Source: Thaumarchaeota archaeon UBA164
GTDB lineage: Archaea > Thermoproteota > Nitrososphaeria > Conexivisphaerales > UBA164
Direction: 5' to 3'
Length of the DNA: 64,000 nucleotides
NCBI GenBank assembly: GCA_002499005.1
Contig: DAJU01000005.1
Coordinates: forward strand, 20,540 to 84,539
Below are positions 1 through 8,323 of the stretch, one piece after another; the stretch's first letter is position 1; each line of letters starts with the position of its first letter. The notes below the pieces were generated by a model. The model did no database searches. It worked only from the letters and a program-made list of their open reading frames with translations, and was not told the origin of the DNA. The position numbers and the translations under genes were made by a program.

Positions 1-540
1 ATCATCTCGCCTTGCGATACGCTTAGCATGTCAATTGCGGCGGTGAACGGCACGTGGTGGTTCACCGTTATTGACCTTAACACTTCATCGTCATCGTCCT
101 GCAGCTTTGGTGTTCCATCTGGCTATACCCTTGTAAACGGGTCCCAGTATGTCCTTGCCCTTGAGTCATACACTTCAAATTCTTCAGTCTTCAGCGGCAT
201 GGGGATTATGAGGATGAGCGCGATATTTCTTAACGGGGTTCCCCTTGTTGGCGGGGAATACATATACAGCACCTGGAACGGCGTTGAGTATCCATTGTTC
301 ATAGTTGGAGGGGCAAGCCCACCTCAGTTCATTTATTGCTACACCTCAGGAGGAAGCGCGTACTGGGAATATGTTAAGGGGTGGGGAACGGCGGTGGACA
401 AAAGCAGCCCTGAAATAATCTACGCTGTGCTGATAGCGGCGGCGCTGCTGAACGCAACAGCGCTTTCAGCATTGCTTGCTGTGAGGGCTCGCAAAGGTAG
501 GCAGCAAAGCCTTGATGGCTTACATAAATCAAAAAATTGA
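1..540 (+). CDS. C-terminal part of a secreted, probably N-glycosylated surface protein with a C-terminal membrane anchor (5' end outside the window)
   Basis: The frame of ORF 28..540 stays open back to base 1. It has many N-x-S/T sequons (NGT, NTS, NGS, NSS, NAT) and a hydrophobic helix IIYAVLIAAALLNATALSALLAV followed by a basic tail RARKGRQQ. Confidence 0.45.
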   Translation: MISPCDTLSMSIAAVNGTWWFTVIDLNTSSSSSCSFGVPSGYTLVNGSQYVLALESYTSNSSVFSGMGIMRMSAIFLNGVPLVGGEYIYSTWNGVEYPLFIVGGASPPQFIYCYTSGGSAYWEYVKGWGTAVDKSSPEIIYAVLIAAALLNATALSALLAVRARKGRQQSLDGLHKSKN

Positions 541-584
541 ATCGAACGCTATAATTAAATAAATGCATACGTGTAAATACGATC

Positions 585-1181
585 ATGGCGCGAGCAAACA
601 TATCCGTTGACAAGCAGCTTGCAACATCGCTTGCTGATGAAGCTTTAAGGGAAAACAAGACAATGTACGCCTTAGCAAACGAAGTCCTGGGCACCTTCCT
701 AAAGCTCGCCAAGGACGGCTGCGAGATAGGGCAGCTCCCAAAGCTCTGGGAGTTGCTGAAGGTTATGAAGGATCAGGACGCGGTTCCTGTGCCAGGCGAT
801 ATGCTTGAAGAGATGTTAAGGAAGCTTTATGAGGCTGATAAAAGGTGGCTGCTCACTCTTGCAAGAAAGTACGGGGAAAAGCTCGGCCTCTACCTTTCAA
901 CCTTTTACCCTTCACTTGTTGACCTTCTCACAAACAACAGGGACATACTCACTGAGATCTTTCCTATAAAGAGGATTGAGCTTGAATCAACCAGGGATCA
1001 GGAGGGCCTTACGATATTCACGTTTAAAACCGTTGGCGTGGGGAGGTCAAAGGAGGTGGCGGAGGTGGTCAATGAGCTGATAAAGGGGCTGCTCTCCGCG
1101 TACAGCGAGGTCAAGATATGCAACTGTCATGTGGGCGACGGTCTGATGGAGGTTGGCTTTGAGCTGGGCCACGAGGAATAG
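585..1181 (+). CDS. hypothetical protein (198 aa), no recognisable catalytic motif
   Basis: Long ORF with protein-like composition. The N-terminus MARANISVDKQLATSLADEALRENKTMYALANEVL could be a ribbon-helix-helix-like segment. No family recognised. Confidence 0.55.
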   Translation: MARANISVDKQLATSLADEALRENKTMYALANEVLGTFLKLAKDGCEIGQLPKLWELLKVMKDQDAVPVPGDMLEEMLRKLYEADKRWLLTLARKYGEKLGLYLSTFYPSLVDLLTNNRDILTEIFPIKRIELESTRDQEGLTIFTFKTVGVGRSKEVAEVVNELIKGLLSAYSEVKICNCHVGDGLMEVGFELGHEE

Positions 1182-1254
1182 CGCGCCTTTCTTCACTAAT
1201 GACATCCGCTGTTAGCAGAAGTTAGCATGTGCTAGCTCACCATTTTATACATTT

Positions 1255-1488
1255 TCATTCATTTTTTAGCTTAATGCTGGAATACCTGTTTCCCATTACG
1301 AAGTTGTTTACGGTTCCATTGCACTTGTTGCAATAATGGTCGCCGGATTTATAGTAAAGATAACCAGAGGGGTCGTAAGGACATAACACATACCCTGCGT
1401 TGGGATTACCTGAAGTGAGAGGTGCTAGGATGCTCTTCAGGATGTTTGCGGAAACCGTTTTTCTCGGTCCATTCGCCGCAGAACCCAT
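1255..1488 (-). CDS. small hypothetical Cys-containing protein (77 aa), doubtful
   Basis: ORF only. CPYD...HYCNKCNG could be a small metal-binding knuckle. It overlaps an opposite-strand ORF, so coding status is uncertain. Confidence 0.25.
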   Translation of the reverse strand: MGSAANGPRKTVSANILKSILAPLTSGNPNAGYVLCPYDPSGYLYYKSGDHYCNKCNGTVNNFVMGNRYSSIKLKNE

Positions 1489-1615
1489 GTCGGTTTGTCA
1501 TACGCAGGTGTACTCTGAAAGGAGGCCGCAGGTCAAGAGGACAGGACACCTTATTGGAGGCCTTGCCATAGCATTCACAATAATGACGTTAATATACTAG
1601 ATAGGCAGCTTTAGG

Positions 1616-1876
1616 ATGAACTTAGCCCTTAAAATTACTCTTCTCTTTCCCTTCATTAAGTTTATACTCTATGTGGTGCCGCTAATCACGCTAAATTCAG
1701 GCATGACGACCGCGATGGGCGCTTTTCCAAGCGCGCTTAAGCCTGCTGGGTACATAGGCTTTATAGATTCATTGTTCACAATATTGGTCGGAACGACAAC
1801 GGTCATAAACGACAGGTGGGAAAGGGCCGGGGAGAAGGGGCCCGTACCTGTCTTCCCGCTGGGCAAGAAAAAGTAA
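1616..1876 (+). CDS. small hypothetical membrane protein (86 aa), doubtful
   Basis: Two hydrophobic segments (ITLLFPFIKFILYVVPLITL, IGFIDSLFTILVGTTTVI). No family recognised. Confidence 0.3.
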   Translation: MNLALKITLLFPFIKFILYVVPLITLNSGMTTAMGAFPSALKPAGYIGFIDSLFTILVGTTTVINDRWERAGEKGPVPVFPLGKKK

Positions 1877-1901
1877 TTTTTACTTTGTGTAAAAATTTTA
1901 T

Positions 1902-3203
1902 TTATTCCTCGCCTGAGGCAAGCCCTATGCTAACACCCTTGCCTGTTTCATGGCCAAGAAAGTACCAGGCAATGGCCGCCGCTGTGCCTATTGCCCATAT
2001 GGCAACGTTAAACACAAGGTACTGTGAAAGAGGAAGCTCTGAGGCAAAGTAAAGCACCGGCAGGTAAAGCAGTATCGGCAGAGCCCTCGCAACCGCTATA
2101 AGCGAGCCCCTGACCCTTGTTGGCCAAAGCTCAGCCTTCATGATCTCTATGGCTTCGTAAGATGGTTGCTCAACGAAGTTAAGGGCTATCAAAAGCCCCC
2201 AGAAAAGGGCTATCATCTTTGACCATAACCCTATTGTTGCCACCACGGAGATTGTAAGCAAGAGGACGGCGACGTATGTCCATAACAGGAATGACTTTCT
2301 GCTTACCCTGTCGCCCAGAACTCCCAGGAGACCGCCAAGGACTGCTCCGATGCCTGTGAACAGGAAGATATAATCTATATAGCGTGGATAATAAAGTGGG
2401 CCAAGAGTGTATGTTATAAGCCCGTATCCAGCTGAGTTTGCCCACGCTATAGGGATTATTATTGCCATAATCGCCCAAAGCGGAAGCCTGCGCCACGCCT
2501 TTGTAGATGATCCGTTGTCCTGTTGCTCATTGTCATCAACTTTAAGGTTAAAGTATTTTTTTGCCTCCTCGCTGGCCTCCCTTACCATACCTTTCTTTTC
2601 AAGCCATCTGACTGACTCCGGGGTCCTGTACCTTATAACGATCAGGGCCGCAAGCGCTGCAAAGACGGTCGCCACCGAAAGATAGCGCTGAAATGAGACC
2701 GTTGCTGAGGCTGTTATAAAGCCAAGAATCCCGGCTATAAGGGGAGCAACTCCGCCGTTAAAATCGGTTAGCAAAAGCACGGCCTTGCTCCTGTGCCTTC
2801 TGGGGAACATTTCGTTTGCCATGGCAAGTATTACGCTCATTTCACCAGCGGCTGCAAAAACAAGTATAGCCGTTGAAAGCAGCACAAGCTCATAATTGAC
2901 GCTTAGCGCAAGGATAATCCCTCCAATGGCATACATGGTCATCGTGTAAATCCATGTCCTTTTTCTGCCTATCCTGTCAGCTATGGGCCCTATAAGTGAA
3001 ACCCCTGCTATAAGCCATATAAATGGCCAACCAAGAAGAAATACGGACAGGTACTTGGGAATGGAATACCAGGTTGTTGCGTAAGAGACTATGGTGAAAA
3101 CAAATCCCTCTATAAAAAGGCCGATGGCGAAAGATATAAAGTAAAGGCTGTGGACTTCCGTCCAGCCTCCCTCTTCGACAGCCACGGAGACGCTTTTGGC
3201 CAT
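1902..3203 (-). CDS. MFS transporter (sugar-porter-like)
   Basis: 433 aa with about 12 predicted TM helices. Has the MFS loop motif GPIADRIGRKRT and a central cytoplasmic loop ESVRWLEKKG. Paralogous to 28104..29357. Confidence 0.85.
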   Translation of the reverse strand: MAKSVSVAVEEGGWTEVHSLYFISFAIGLFIEGFVFTIVSYATTWYSIPKYLSVFLLGWPFIWLIAGVSLIGPIADRIGRKRTWIYTMTMYAIGGIILALSVNYELVLLSTAILVFAAAGEMSVILAMANEMFPRRHRSKAVLLLTDFNGGVAPLIAGILGFITASATVSFQRYLSVATVFAALAALIVIRYRTPESVRWLEKKGMVREASEEAKKYFNLKVDDNEQQDNGSSTKAWRRLPLWAIMAIIIPIAWANSAGYGLITYTLGPLYYPRYIDYIFLFTGIGAVLGGLLGVLGDRVSRKSFLLWTYVAVLLLTISVVATIGLWSKMIALFWGLLIALNFVEQPSYEAIEIMKAELWPTRVRGSLIAVARALPILLYLPVLYFASELPLSQYLVFNVAIWAIGTAAAIAWYFLGHETGKGVSIGLASGEE

Positions 3204-3290
3204 TACAAAATTAATCTGCCAGTTTAAATTAAAAGGGTTGCTGATGTTTTTTGACGTTTAAATTATTTTTATAAACAATGTTTAACGCAA

Positions 3291-4238
3291 TTAAATATGG
3301 CTTATTAACCCCTCAATTGCCCTTTTTGTGTTATCTGAGAGGAAGTAAATTACAGGTGTTGTGCCCCACCTCTTTGCCTCCTCAGAAATCCTCTGGGCGG
3401 CTTCGCCAGCGTTTCCAAGGGCCGTCAACTGCACTGCTACATCTTCTGGAATAAGCGATGCTGCGTTTTCAAGCTCATGCTGACTGGGCGGCCATCCCCT
3501 TATTTTTTTGCCAACTGCATCAACCACGCTCAGAGGGATCCCTATGCCTTTAAAGAAGTCCGGTGCTAGGAAGATGAACTTGGCAACAAAAATCTTGGCA
3601 AGCTTAACAGCTATTTTCCTGTCATCCGCAATTGAAGCCGTTATCAGCTGGAACTTTGAAGCAGCGCCGGAAGAGGCCTTAACCGCATTTTGCATGTAAA
3701 CATCATTAACAAGAAAGTTAAAGATCACACCATCTGAAATCTTTGAGCCTAGCCTTAGCATCCTGAACCCCGTGGCTGCTACATAAACAGGAACGCTGGC
3801 CTTCCTTGCAGCTCTTGCGTTCCTTAACTTTACCAGAGTTCCTTCAACGCTAACCTCCTTGCCGCTCAGAAGAGACCTTAAGGAATTGATAAATTCGTTC
3901 ATTTCATCTAATGGCCTTTCCTTTACTACTCCAAAGGCCCCTATAAACTCCTCCCCACTTGCCACCCCTATGGAGAACCTTCCCCCGGTTATGTCATCAA
4001 GCGTTATTGCGGTAGCTGCAACGGTTCCAACGTTCCTTGTGTACGGATTAATGGCACATGTCCCAACGTTTGCACGTTCTGTAACAGCTGCAGCAGCCGC
4101 CGACATCGCAATTGCGTCCCTTATCCCCGCATGTTCACCAAACCATATATATGAATATCCAAGACTGTCTGCAAGCTCTGAAAGCATTAGCTGATCCCTA
4201 GCATTCATGTCCTCACCAAATATGACCCCAACCTTCAC
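3291..4238 (-). CDS. luciferase-like monooxygenase family (LLM-class, F420- or flavin-dependent) oxidoreductase
   Basis: 315 aa. The N-terminus MKVGVIFGE...LADSLGYSYIWFGEH...INPYTRN...TLDDITGGRFSIGVASGE is typical of the LLM / methylene-H4MPT-reductase-like fold. Confidence 0.8.
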   Translation of the reverse strand: MKVGVIFGEDMNARDQLMLSELADSLGYSYIWFGEHAGIRDAIAMSAAAAAVTERANVGTCAINPYTRNVGTVAATAITLDDITGGRFSIGVASGEEFIGAFGVVKERPLDEMNEFINSLRSLLSGKEVSVEGTLVKLRNARAARKASVPVYVAATGFRMLRLGSKISDGVIFNFLVNDVYMQNAVKASSGAASKFQLITASIADDRKIAVKLAKIFVAKFIFLAPDFFKGIGIPLSVVDAVGKKIRGWPPSQHELENAASLIPEDVAVQLTALGNAGEAAQRISEEAKRWGTTPVIYFLSDNTKRAIEGLISHI

Positions 4239-5137
4239 GAAGTAATTGTCCCAAGCTTTGGATAAAAACGTTGATAGAAGAATGAGAGAAACATCGCCCC
4301 TATGAGGCGATAAAGGACTTTAACGGTTTAAATAAAATCCTGGGCACCTTCACCGGTGAGACTGTTAAAGGGCAGGGATCTGTTGTTAACCTTGTAACGC
4401 CTATTGGGGTTGAACTTTGCACAACCAATGCCGGGAAGCCGGCAAAGTGTCTGGTTAAAGGAAAAGCTACAGGATAGCAATGGCCAGTCCGAAGGGAGGC
4501 AAAGGAGGTCCCGGCTGTTGACTATGACACTTGTCTGTAACGCGGAACAAGGGCAAAAGAGAATTATTCTATCTTCGGAATAAATCAGCTGGTGTCGTCT
4601 CTGGCCGACAGGGCTAAAGCTATTTGCTGACTTATGAAGAGCTATTAAAGGAAAGAAGACTGCTCAAAAAACTGTATTCTAGCCTGATTCACCTTTACAG
4701 AACGCTTGAATTCTATTCGATCAAAACGCTTTACGTACATGAAGTTGCAAAGGTTCACATAGATTACCTTTGCTAAACTGTGAAGGCAACGGGTTCATCG
4801 TTAACATGTGGGGTTTTGACAATAGGTTTGAGATCCTTTCACATACTGGTAAAATATGGAATAAAAACATATAACCATTGGGCACAACGACTCACGTTTT
4901 CGTGCGTCTCACAACGCAGAAGCAAATCCGAGGAGAGCCGCGGTGTACTCAGAGGGCCACAGACTTCACTCAGACCTCAACGGCGCGCTTAACAATGAAA
5001 AGGCAGTTGGTGATATGCCGTTGGCAGTCAAAAGAGCTGATTCCCTTTTATTTTACAACGGAAGCAGCCTCTCAAGTAGGTAATGGGCCGACCTATGCGG
5101 AACTCCTAACCCTTTAGGGCTCGGAGCAGACAAGTTT
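4239..5137. other. ORF-poor region with broken protein-like frames (decayed accessory DNA; function unknown)
   Basis: The ORF track shows no ORF of 60 aa or more in any frame across 4239..4779. Frame fragments lack starts or are cut by stops (see findings). Local hairpins are dense. Confidence 0.4.
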
Positions 5138-5584
5138 ATGGTGGCAACAAACGTTATAACCAAGCTGGCCGTAATCTATATTGTGAGTTCTAGGCGTGTA
5201 GTATTGTTGCTTATGAAAAGGGCCAGAGACGCCCTTGATACAGCTAAGTATCATATAGAAAAGGGAATTTATGATTGGGCTGCATTTGAAGCGGAACAGG
5301 CTTTACAGCTTTTTTTAAAGGCAAAGCTTATCGAGGCAGGCGTAGCCTTTCCCTCAGTACACGAAATCAGAAGGATCATGGAATTGTTGGCGAAGGTGAA
5401 CGACGATAAGTACCTGATGAGCGTTTTAAAGGAAAGAGCGATAGAGCTTTCGTTGCTTGAGGACGTGTATATAACCTCAAGATATATCCCAAAGGAGATC
5501 GAAAGGGAGGAGGCGATCAAGTTGCTGAACCTTGTGGAGGAGATAATCAGCAATGAGGGAGGATTTAATAGATATCTTGGCTGA
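5138..5584 (+). CDS. HEPN domain protein (partner of the adjacent nucleotidyltransferase); the true start is probably the ATG at 5213
   Basis: MKRARDALDTAKYHIEKGIYDWAAFEAEQALQLFLKAKL...EDVYITSRYIP..EEA matches the classic HEPN helical pattern. Overlaps the next gene by 32 nt. Confidence 0.8.
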   Translation: MVATNVITKLAVIYIVSSRRVVLLLMKRARDALDTAKYHIEKGIYDWAAFEAEQALQLFLKAKLIEAGVAFPSVHEIRRIMELLAKVNDDKYLMSVLKERAIELSLLEDVYITSRYIPKEIEREEAIKLLNLVEEIISNEGGFNRYLG

Positions 5585-5870
5585 AGAGGCCAAAAGCAGA
5601 AGGAGAGCGTTTATCGAGCTTAGCAGGAAGCTAAACGAAATTAAAAACTCGGTTAAGAGGTGCGATCAGACAGCAGAGATATACCTGTTTGGCTCGGTTG
5701 CAAGAGGGGATAATACGCTTGGCAGCGACATAGATGTGCTGATCATAACAGGAAATGAAAAGTGTGTTAGGGCCGCGCTGGCAAGCTACGGACCCCCATT
5801 TGAGTTTCATATATACGATCAGGATTATGGTGAATTTTTTCTAAAAGGATATTTAATACGTGTTAACTGA
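5553..5870 (+). CDS. minimal nucleotidyltransferase (MNT / NTP_transf_2 family)
   Basis: Pol-beta-type NTase signature LFGSVARGDNTLGSDIDVLII (G-S-x-x-R-G ... D-x-D). 105 aa. Confidence 0.85.
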   Translation: MREDLIDILAEEAKSRRRAFIELSRKLNEIKNSVKRCDQTAEIYLFGSVARGDNTLGSDIDVLIITGNEKCVRAALASYGPPFEFHIYDQDYGEFFLKGYLIRVN

Positions 5871-6002
5871 CGCCCATAAGTCGGCCTTGATCCGCTAGAT
5901 AATTTCAGGGTAAGGGGCTTCACATCGAGGGTCCAGCTTGCAAGCCATAGGTAGAAGGCCTTTATTTGCCTCAACATAGCGTCCTTTATAGGCATTCTTA
6001 TC

Positions 6003-6249
6003 ATTGAGAGAGGATAAGCTTCTCGGGGTCTTCCTTCGCAGCGTCCATAAGCCTCTTGCCGATGAACTCCCCCAAGCTTGAAAACCGTCAGAACATATTT
6101 GGCATTCTTGCCTTTGAGTAGCTGATCATCTGAAGGATCTTTGCTAACTCGTGTATGTCGGGATAGCCAATCTTGGGCAGGTAAAGCCTTATCGCCATTT
6201 CGTTGTTGCGGACGTAGAAGCTCAACCGAAACACCTCCCAGGCGAGCCA
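6003..6249 (-). pseudogene. remnant of a small HTH-like gene interrupted by an in-frame TGA
   Basis: My own minus-strand translation gives WLAWEVFRLSFYVRNNEMAIRLYLPKIGYPDIHELAKILQMISYSKARMPNMF*RFSSLGEFIGKRLMDAAKEDPEKLILSQ**. The composition is protein-like but the frame is broken. It lies next to the tRNA-Tyr 3' end. Confidence 0.3.
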
Positions 6250-6295
6250 TCAGGAAATCCTTTAAAAGTGGTAGAATATGGCAATTTGTAGTATG

Positions 6296-6413
6296 TCCCG
6301 CGGGCAGGATTTGAACCTGCGACACTCCGGTTTCTGTGAGCCTGGCAGGCTGACAAGGCCGGCCAAAGCGGGCCTCTACAGCCGGAAGCTCTACCAGGCT
6401 GAGCTACCGCGGG
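6296..6413 (-). tRNA. tRNA-Tyr (anticodon GUA) with a 44-nt intron at the canonical 37/38 position (intron about 6332..6375)
   Basis: Reverse complement: CCCGCGG-TA-GCTC-AGCCTGGTA-GAGC-T-TCCGG-CTGTAG[intron]A-CCGGA-GTGTC-GCAGG-TTCAAAT-CCTGC-CCGCGGG-A. It has the archaeal C1:G72 pair and no encoded CCA. Confidence 0.9.
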
Positions 6414-6519
6414 ACATATTACCGTTTGGCCATTTTGAATTTAAGCTTTTCGTGAATAGCTACCTATAAGGAGCGTTTATAATAAAAAATAAAGTGTATA
6501 ATAAAAAATTTGTTTGATC

Positions 6520-8163
6520 TTAATCCATCTGGAAAATCTTCCTGACTTCGTCCGAGTAATAGCCGGTGATCAGGCTGCCCTTCAAGAACTTCTGGTATTT
6601 TGGCACAACCCAGATAGCCATTAGTAGAATGTATATAACCCCCGTTATCAGGAAGGCGGCTATCCATGAGTTGGCGTATATTATTTCCGTTACCGGGTTA
6701 ACCACCCAGCCCCAGTACGACAGGTACGTTATCACAGTGCCTATTACAAATGCAATAATGGCCGCCGGGTTTATGCCGTACAGGTACCGGAACCTTCCAC
6801 GGGAGAGGTAAACGTCTGGGAGCTCAAACTTGAACCTCCTGATTATGGCGTAGTCAAAAACTATCACGCCTTCAACGGCGCCAAGAAGCGCACCGTAAGC
6901 AAGAAGCCAGTCGTATATGTATGAGTAAGCGCCGCCTGAATAGAATGCCCATGCGCCAAGCAGCATGCTTATGACTATGCCTATGACAATTCCCCTAAAC
7001 CATGTCAGGTGCTTTGAGTACGTGTTCGCTATGTCATATCCAGGGGCAACGCTGTTTGCATAAACGTTAACCACGTATGTCGCGAGCATGAAAACGAACT
7101 CAACGAAGTAAGCTGCTCCCCTTGGCAGTATTGCGGCCGCCAGTATTACAGGATCCGTGATTCCTTGGCCATGGCCAAGTCCAAGCACCATTGAAGCCCC
7201 AGTTGCCATTATGCCAAGCGCACCAATGGCTGCCATCATGAGCGGCATTGGTATCTGCCCATACGTCTGGGCCTTCTGGCTTTTTGCGAACCTGGTGAAG
7301 TCAGGCATGCTAAGTGCCATAGTTGCCCAGTATGCTACATTTGCGTTAAGGAACCCAAAAACGGCAAGCCAGAACCCAAACCCCGTTGCCCTTACGGGTA
7401 TCTGCATGATAGGCGCAAAGTTCCAGTGTGCTGTGTTAAGAGTGTAAGCGAAGAGCAGGATAAACCCAACAAGGACTATTGGCGCCGCTGCCCTTGCAAG
7501 CCACTTGAGCGCAGGCTGCCCTTTATAGGGGGGTGAGACATAAAAGAGCGCAATCTGCGTCAGGACAACTATAATGAACGTTGGCCAGAAGACCTGGGGG
7601 TATGCCACGGAAAGGGTGTACGTGCTGCCTGAAAGCAGTTTGGGTATCTGGTTCGTAGTAAGCAGGTAAATTGCAACAGCTGCCTCAGTTATTATATATG
7701 ATTCAATGCCCCACCATCCCATGGATATTATAGCTCTTATCCATGACGGTATCTGCGCTCCGTATATCCCCCACCTGCTTCTGGTGAGCTGGGGCTCTGA
7801 TATACCGTATCTGGCGCCCCCATGGGATTGAATTATCATAGGCACAAGCACAATTGCGTTTCCAAGGAACATCAGAAGTATTGATTGCCACCAGTTAAGT
7901 CCAAACGCAAGGCCAACCGCGCTTAGAGTCCATGTGGGAACTATGGCCACCATTCCAAACCATATTGCCAGATAAGTCCATGCCCCCCACGTTCTCATTT
8001 TAACCGGTGTTGGGTGGAAGTCCTTGTTCCAAAGGTAGCTTTCCTCTGGGAACTCTCGCAGTAGCTCCACCTGTCCTTTTTCCGGATAGTACTTTGTTAT
8101 CGCAACCCTATCTATTTCCTCGGTCTTAGTTGCCATGGTAAGGACAATATTAGAACCACACAT
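6520..8163 (-). CDS. NCS1-family nucleobase/allantoin/cytosine-type permease
   Basis: 547 aa, 12 TM. N-terminal pattern LWNKDFHPTPVKMRTWGAWTYLAIWFGM is typical of NCS1 (Nxd..Pt....R.w). The real start may be the internal MATKTEE at 8136. Confidence 0.85.
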   Translation of the reverse strand: MCGSNIVLTMATKTEEIDRVAITKYYPEKGQVELLREFPEESYLWNKDFHPTPVKMRTWGAWTYLAIWFGMVAIVPTWTLSAVGLAFGLNWWQSILLMFLGNAIVLVPMIIQSHGGARYGISEPQLTRSRWGIYGAQIPSWIRAIISMGWWGIESYIITEAAVAIYLLTTNQIPKLLSGSTYTLSVAYPQVFWPTFIIVVLTQIALFYVSPPYKGQPALKWLARAAAPIVLVGFILLFAYTLNTAHWNFAPIMQIPVRATGFGFWLAVFGFLNANVAYWATMALSMPDFTRFAKSQKAQTYGQIPMPLMMAAIGALGIMATGASMVLGLGHGQGITDPVILAAAILPRGAAYFVEFVFMLATYVVNVYANSVAPGYDIANTYSKHLTWFRGIVIGIVISMLLGAWAFYSGGAYSYIYDWLLAYGALLGAVEGVIVFDYAIIRRFKFELPDVYLSRGRFRYLYGINPAAIIAFVIGTVITYLSYWGWVVNPVTEIIYANSWIAAFLITGVIYILLMAIWVVPKYQKFLKGSLITGYYSDEVRKIFQMD

Positions 8164-8289
8164 ATTTAAGTTTTTTTATTACGTTGCAATGGGCTTGCAC
8201 ACTACAGTTGAATTTTAAACGATATGTGGCTTGCGTTTTTCTTTAAATTAAAAACATTTAATAAAATTCACAGATAAGAAAATAAAAGC

Positions 8290-8301
8290 TTAAATATAAA
8301 A
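8290..8301 (+). promoter_or_regulatory. archaeal TATA-box-like element for the Mo-hydroxylase operon
   Basis: TTAAATATAAAA is centred about 29 nt upstream of the ATG at 8324. This spacing is typical of leaderless archaeal transcripts. Confidence 0.5.
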
Positions 8302-8323
8302 GACATAATCATTAATACTTACC

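Noticed and set aside
4430-4532. SRP RNA helix-8-like and RNase P CR-I-like strings. These are GGCCAGUCC-GAAG-GGAGGCA with GNAR-type tetraloops, a UGUAAC word at about 4393, and AGGAGGUCCCGGCU.
   Set aside because: The conserved AGCA asymmetric loop is not reproduced (it reads GGCA here). No long 5'/3' helix-5 pairing or convincing P4 partner strand could be found. Stems are short and AU-rich, whereas the tRNAs here have fully GC-rich stems, so a genuine universal RNA in this organism should be more GC-rich and better conserved. An Infernal scan would settle it.
4865-5080. Possible degraded IS200/IS605 tnpB 3' end, suggested by HSDLNGALNN resembling the D-x-N-A-A-x-N RuvC-III motif.
   Set aside because: The same frame (KHITIGHNDSRFRASHNAEANPRRAAVYSEGHRLHSDLNGALNNEK...) has no C-x-x-C zinc-finger pairs and no RuvC-I or RuvC-II motifs upstream. 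No IS-end hairpins were identified. The similarity is limited to a few residues.
5825-6325. 166-aa ORF on the minus strand.
   Set aside because: It overlaps the tRNA-Tyr gene by 30 nt and has an R/L/S/P-rich, out-of-frame-like composition. A different frame in the same DNA is more protein-like, so I treat this ORF as spurious.
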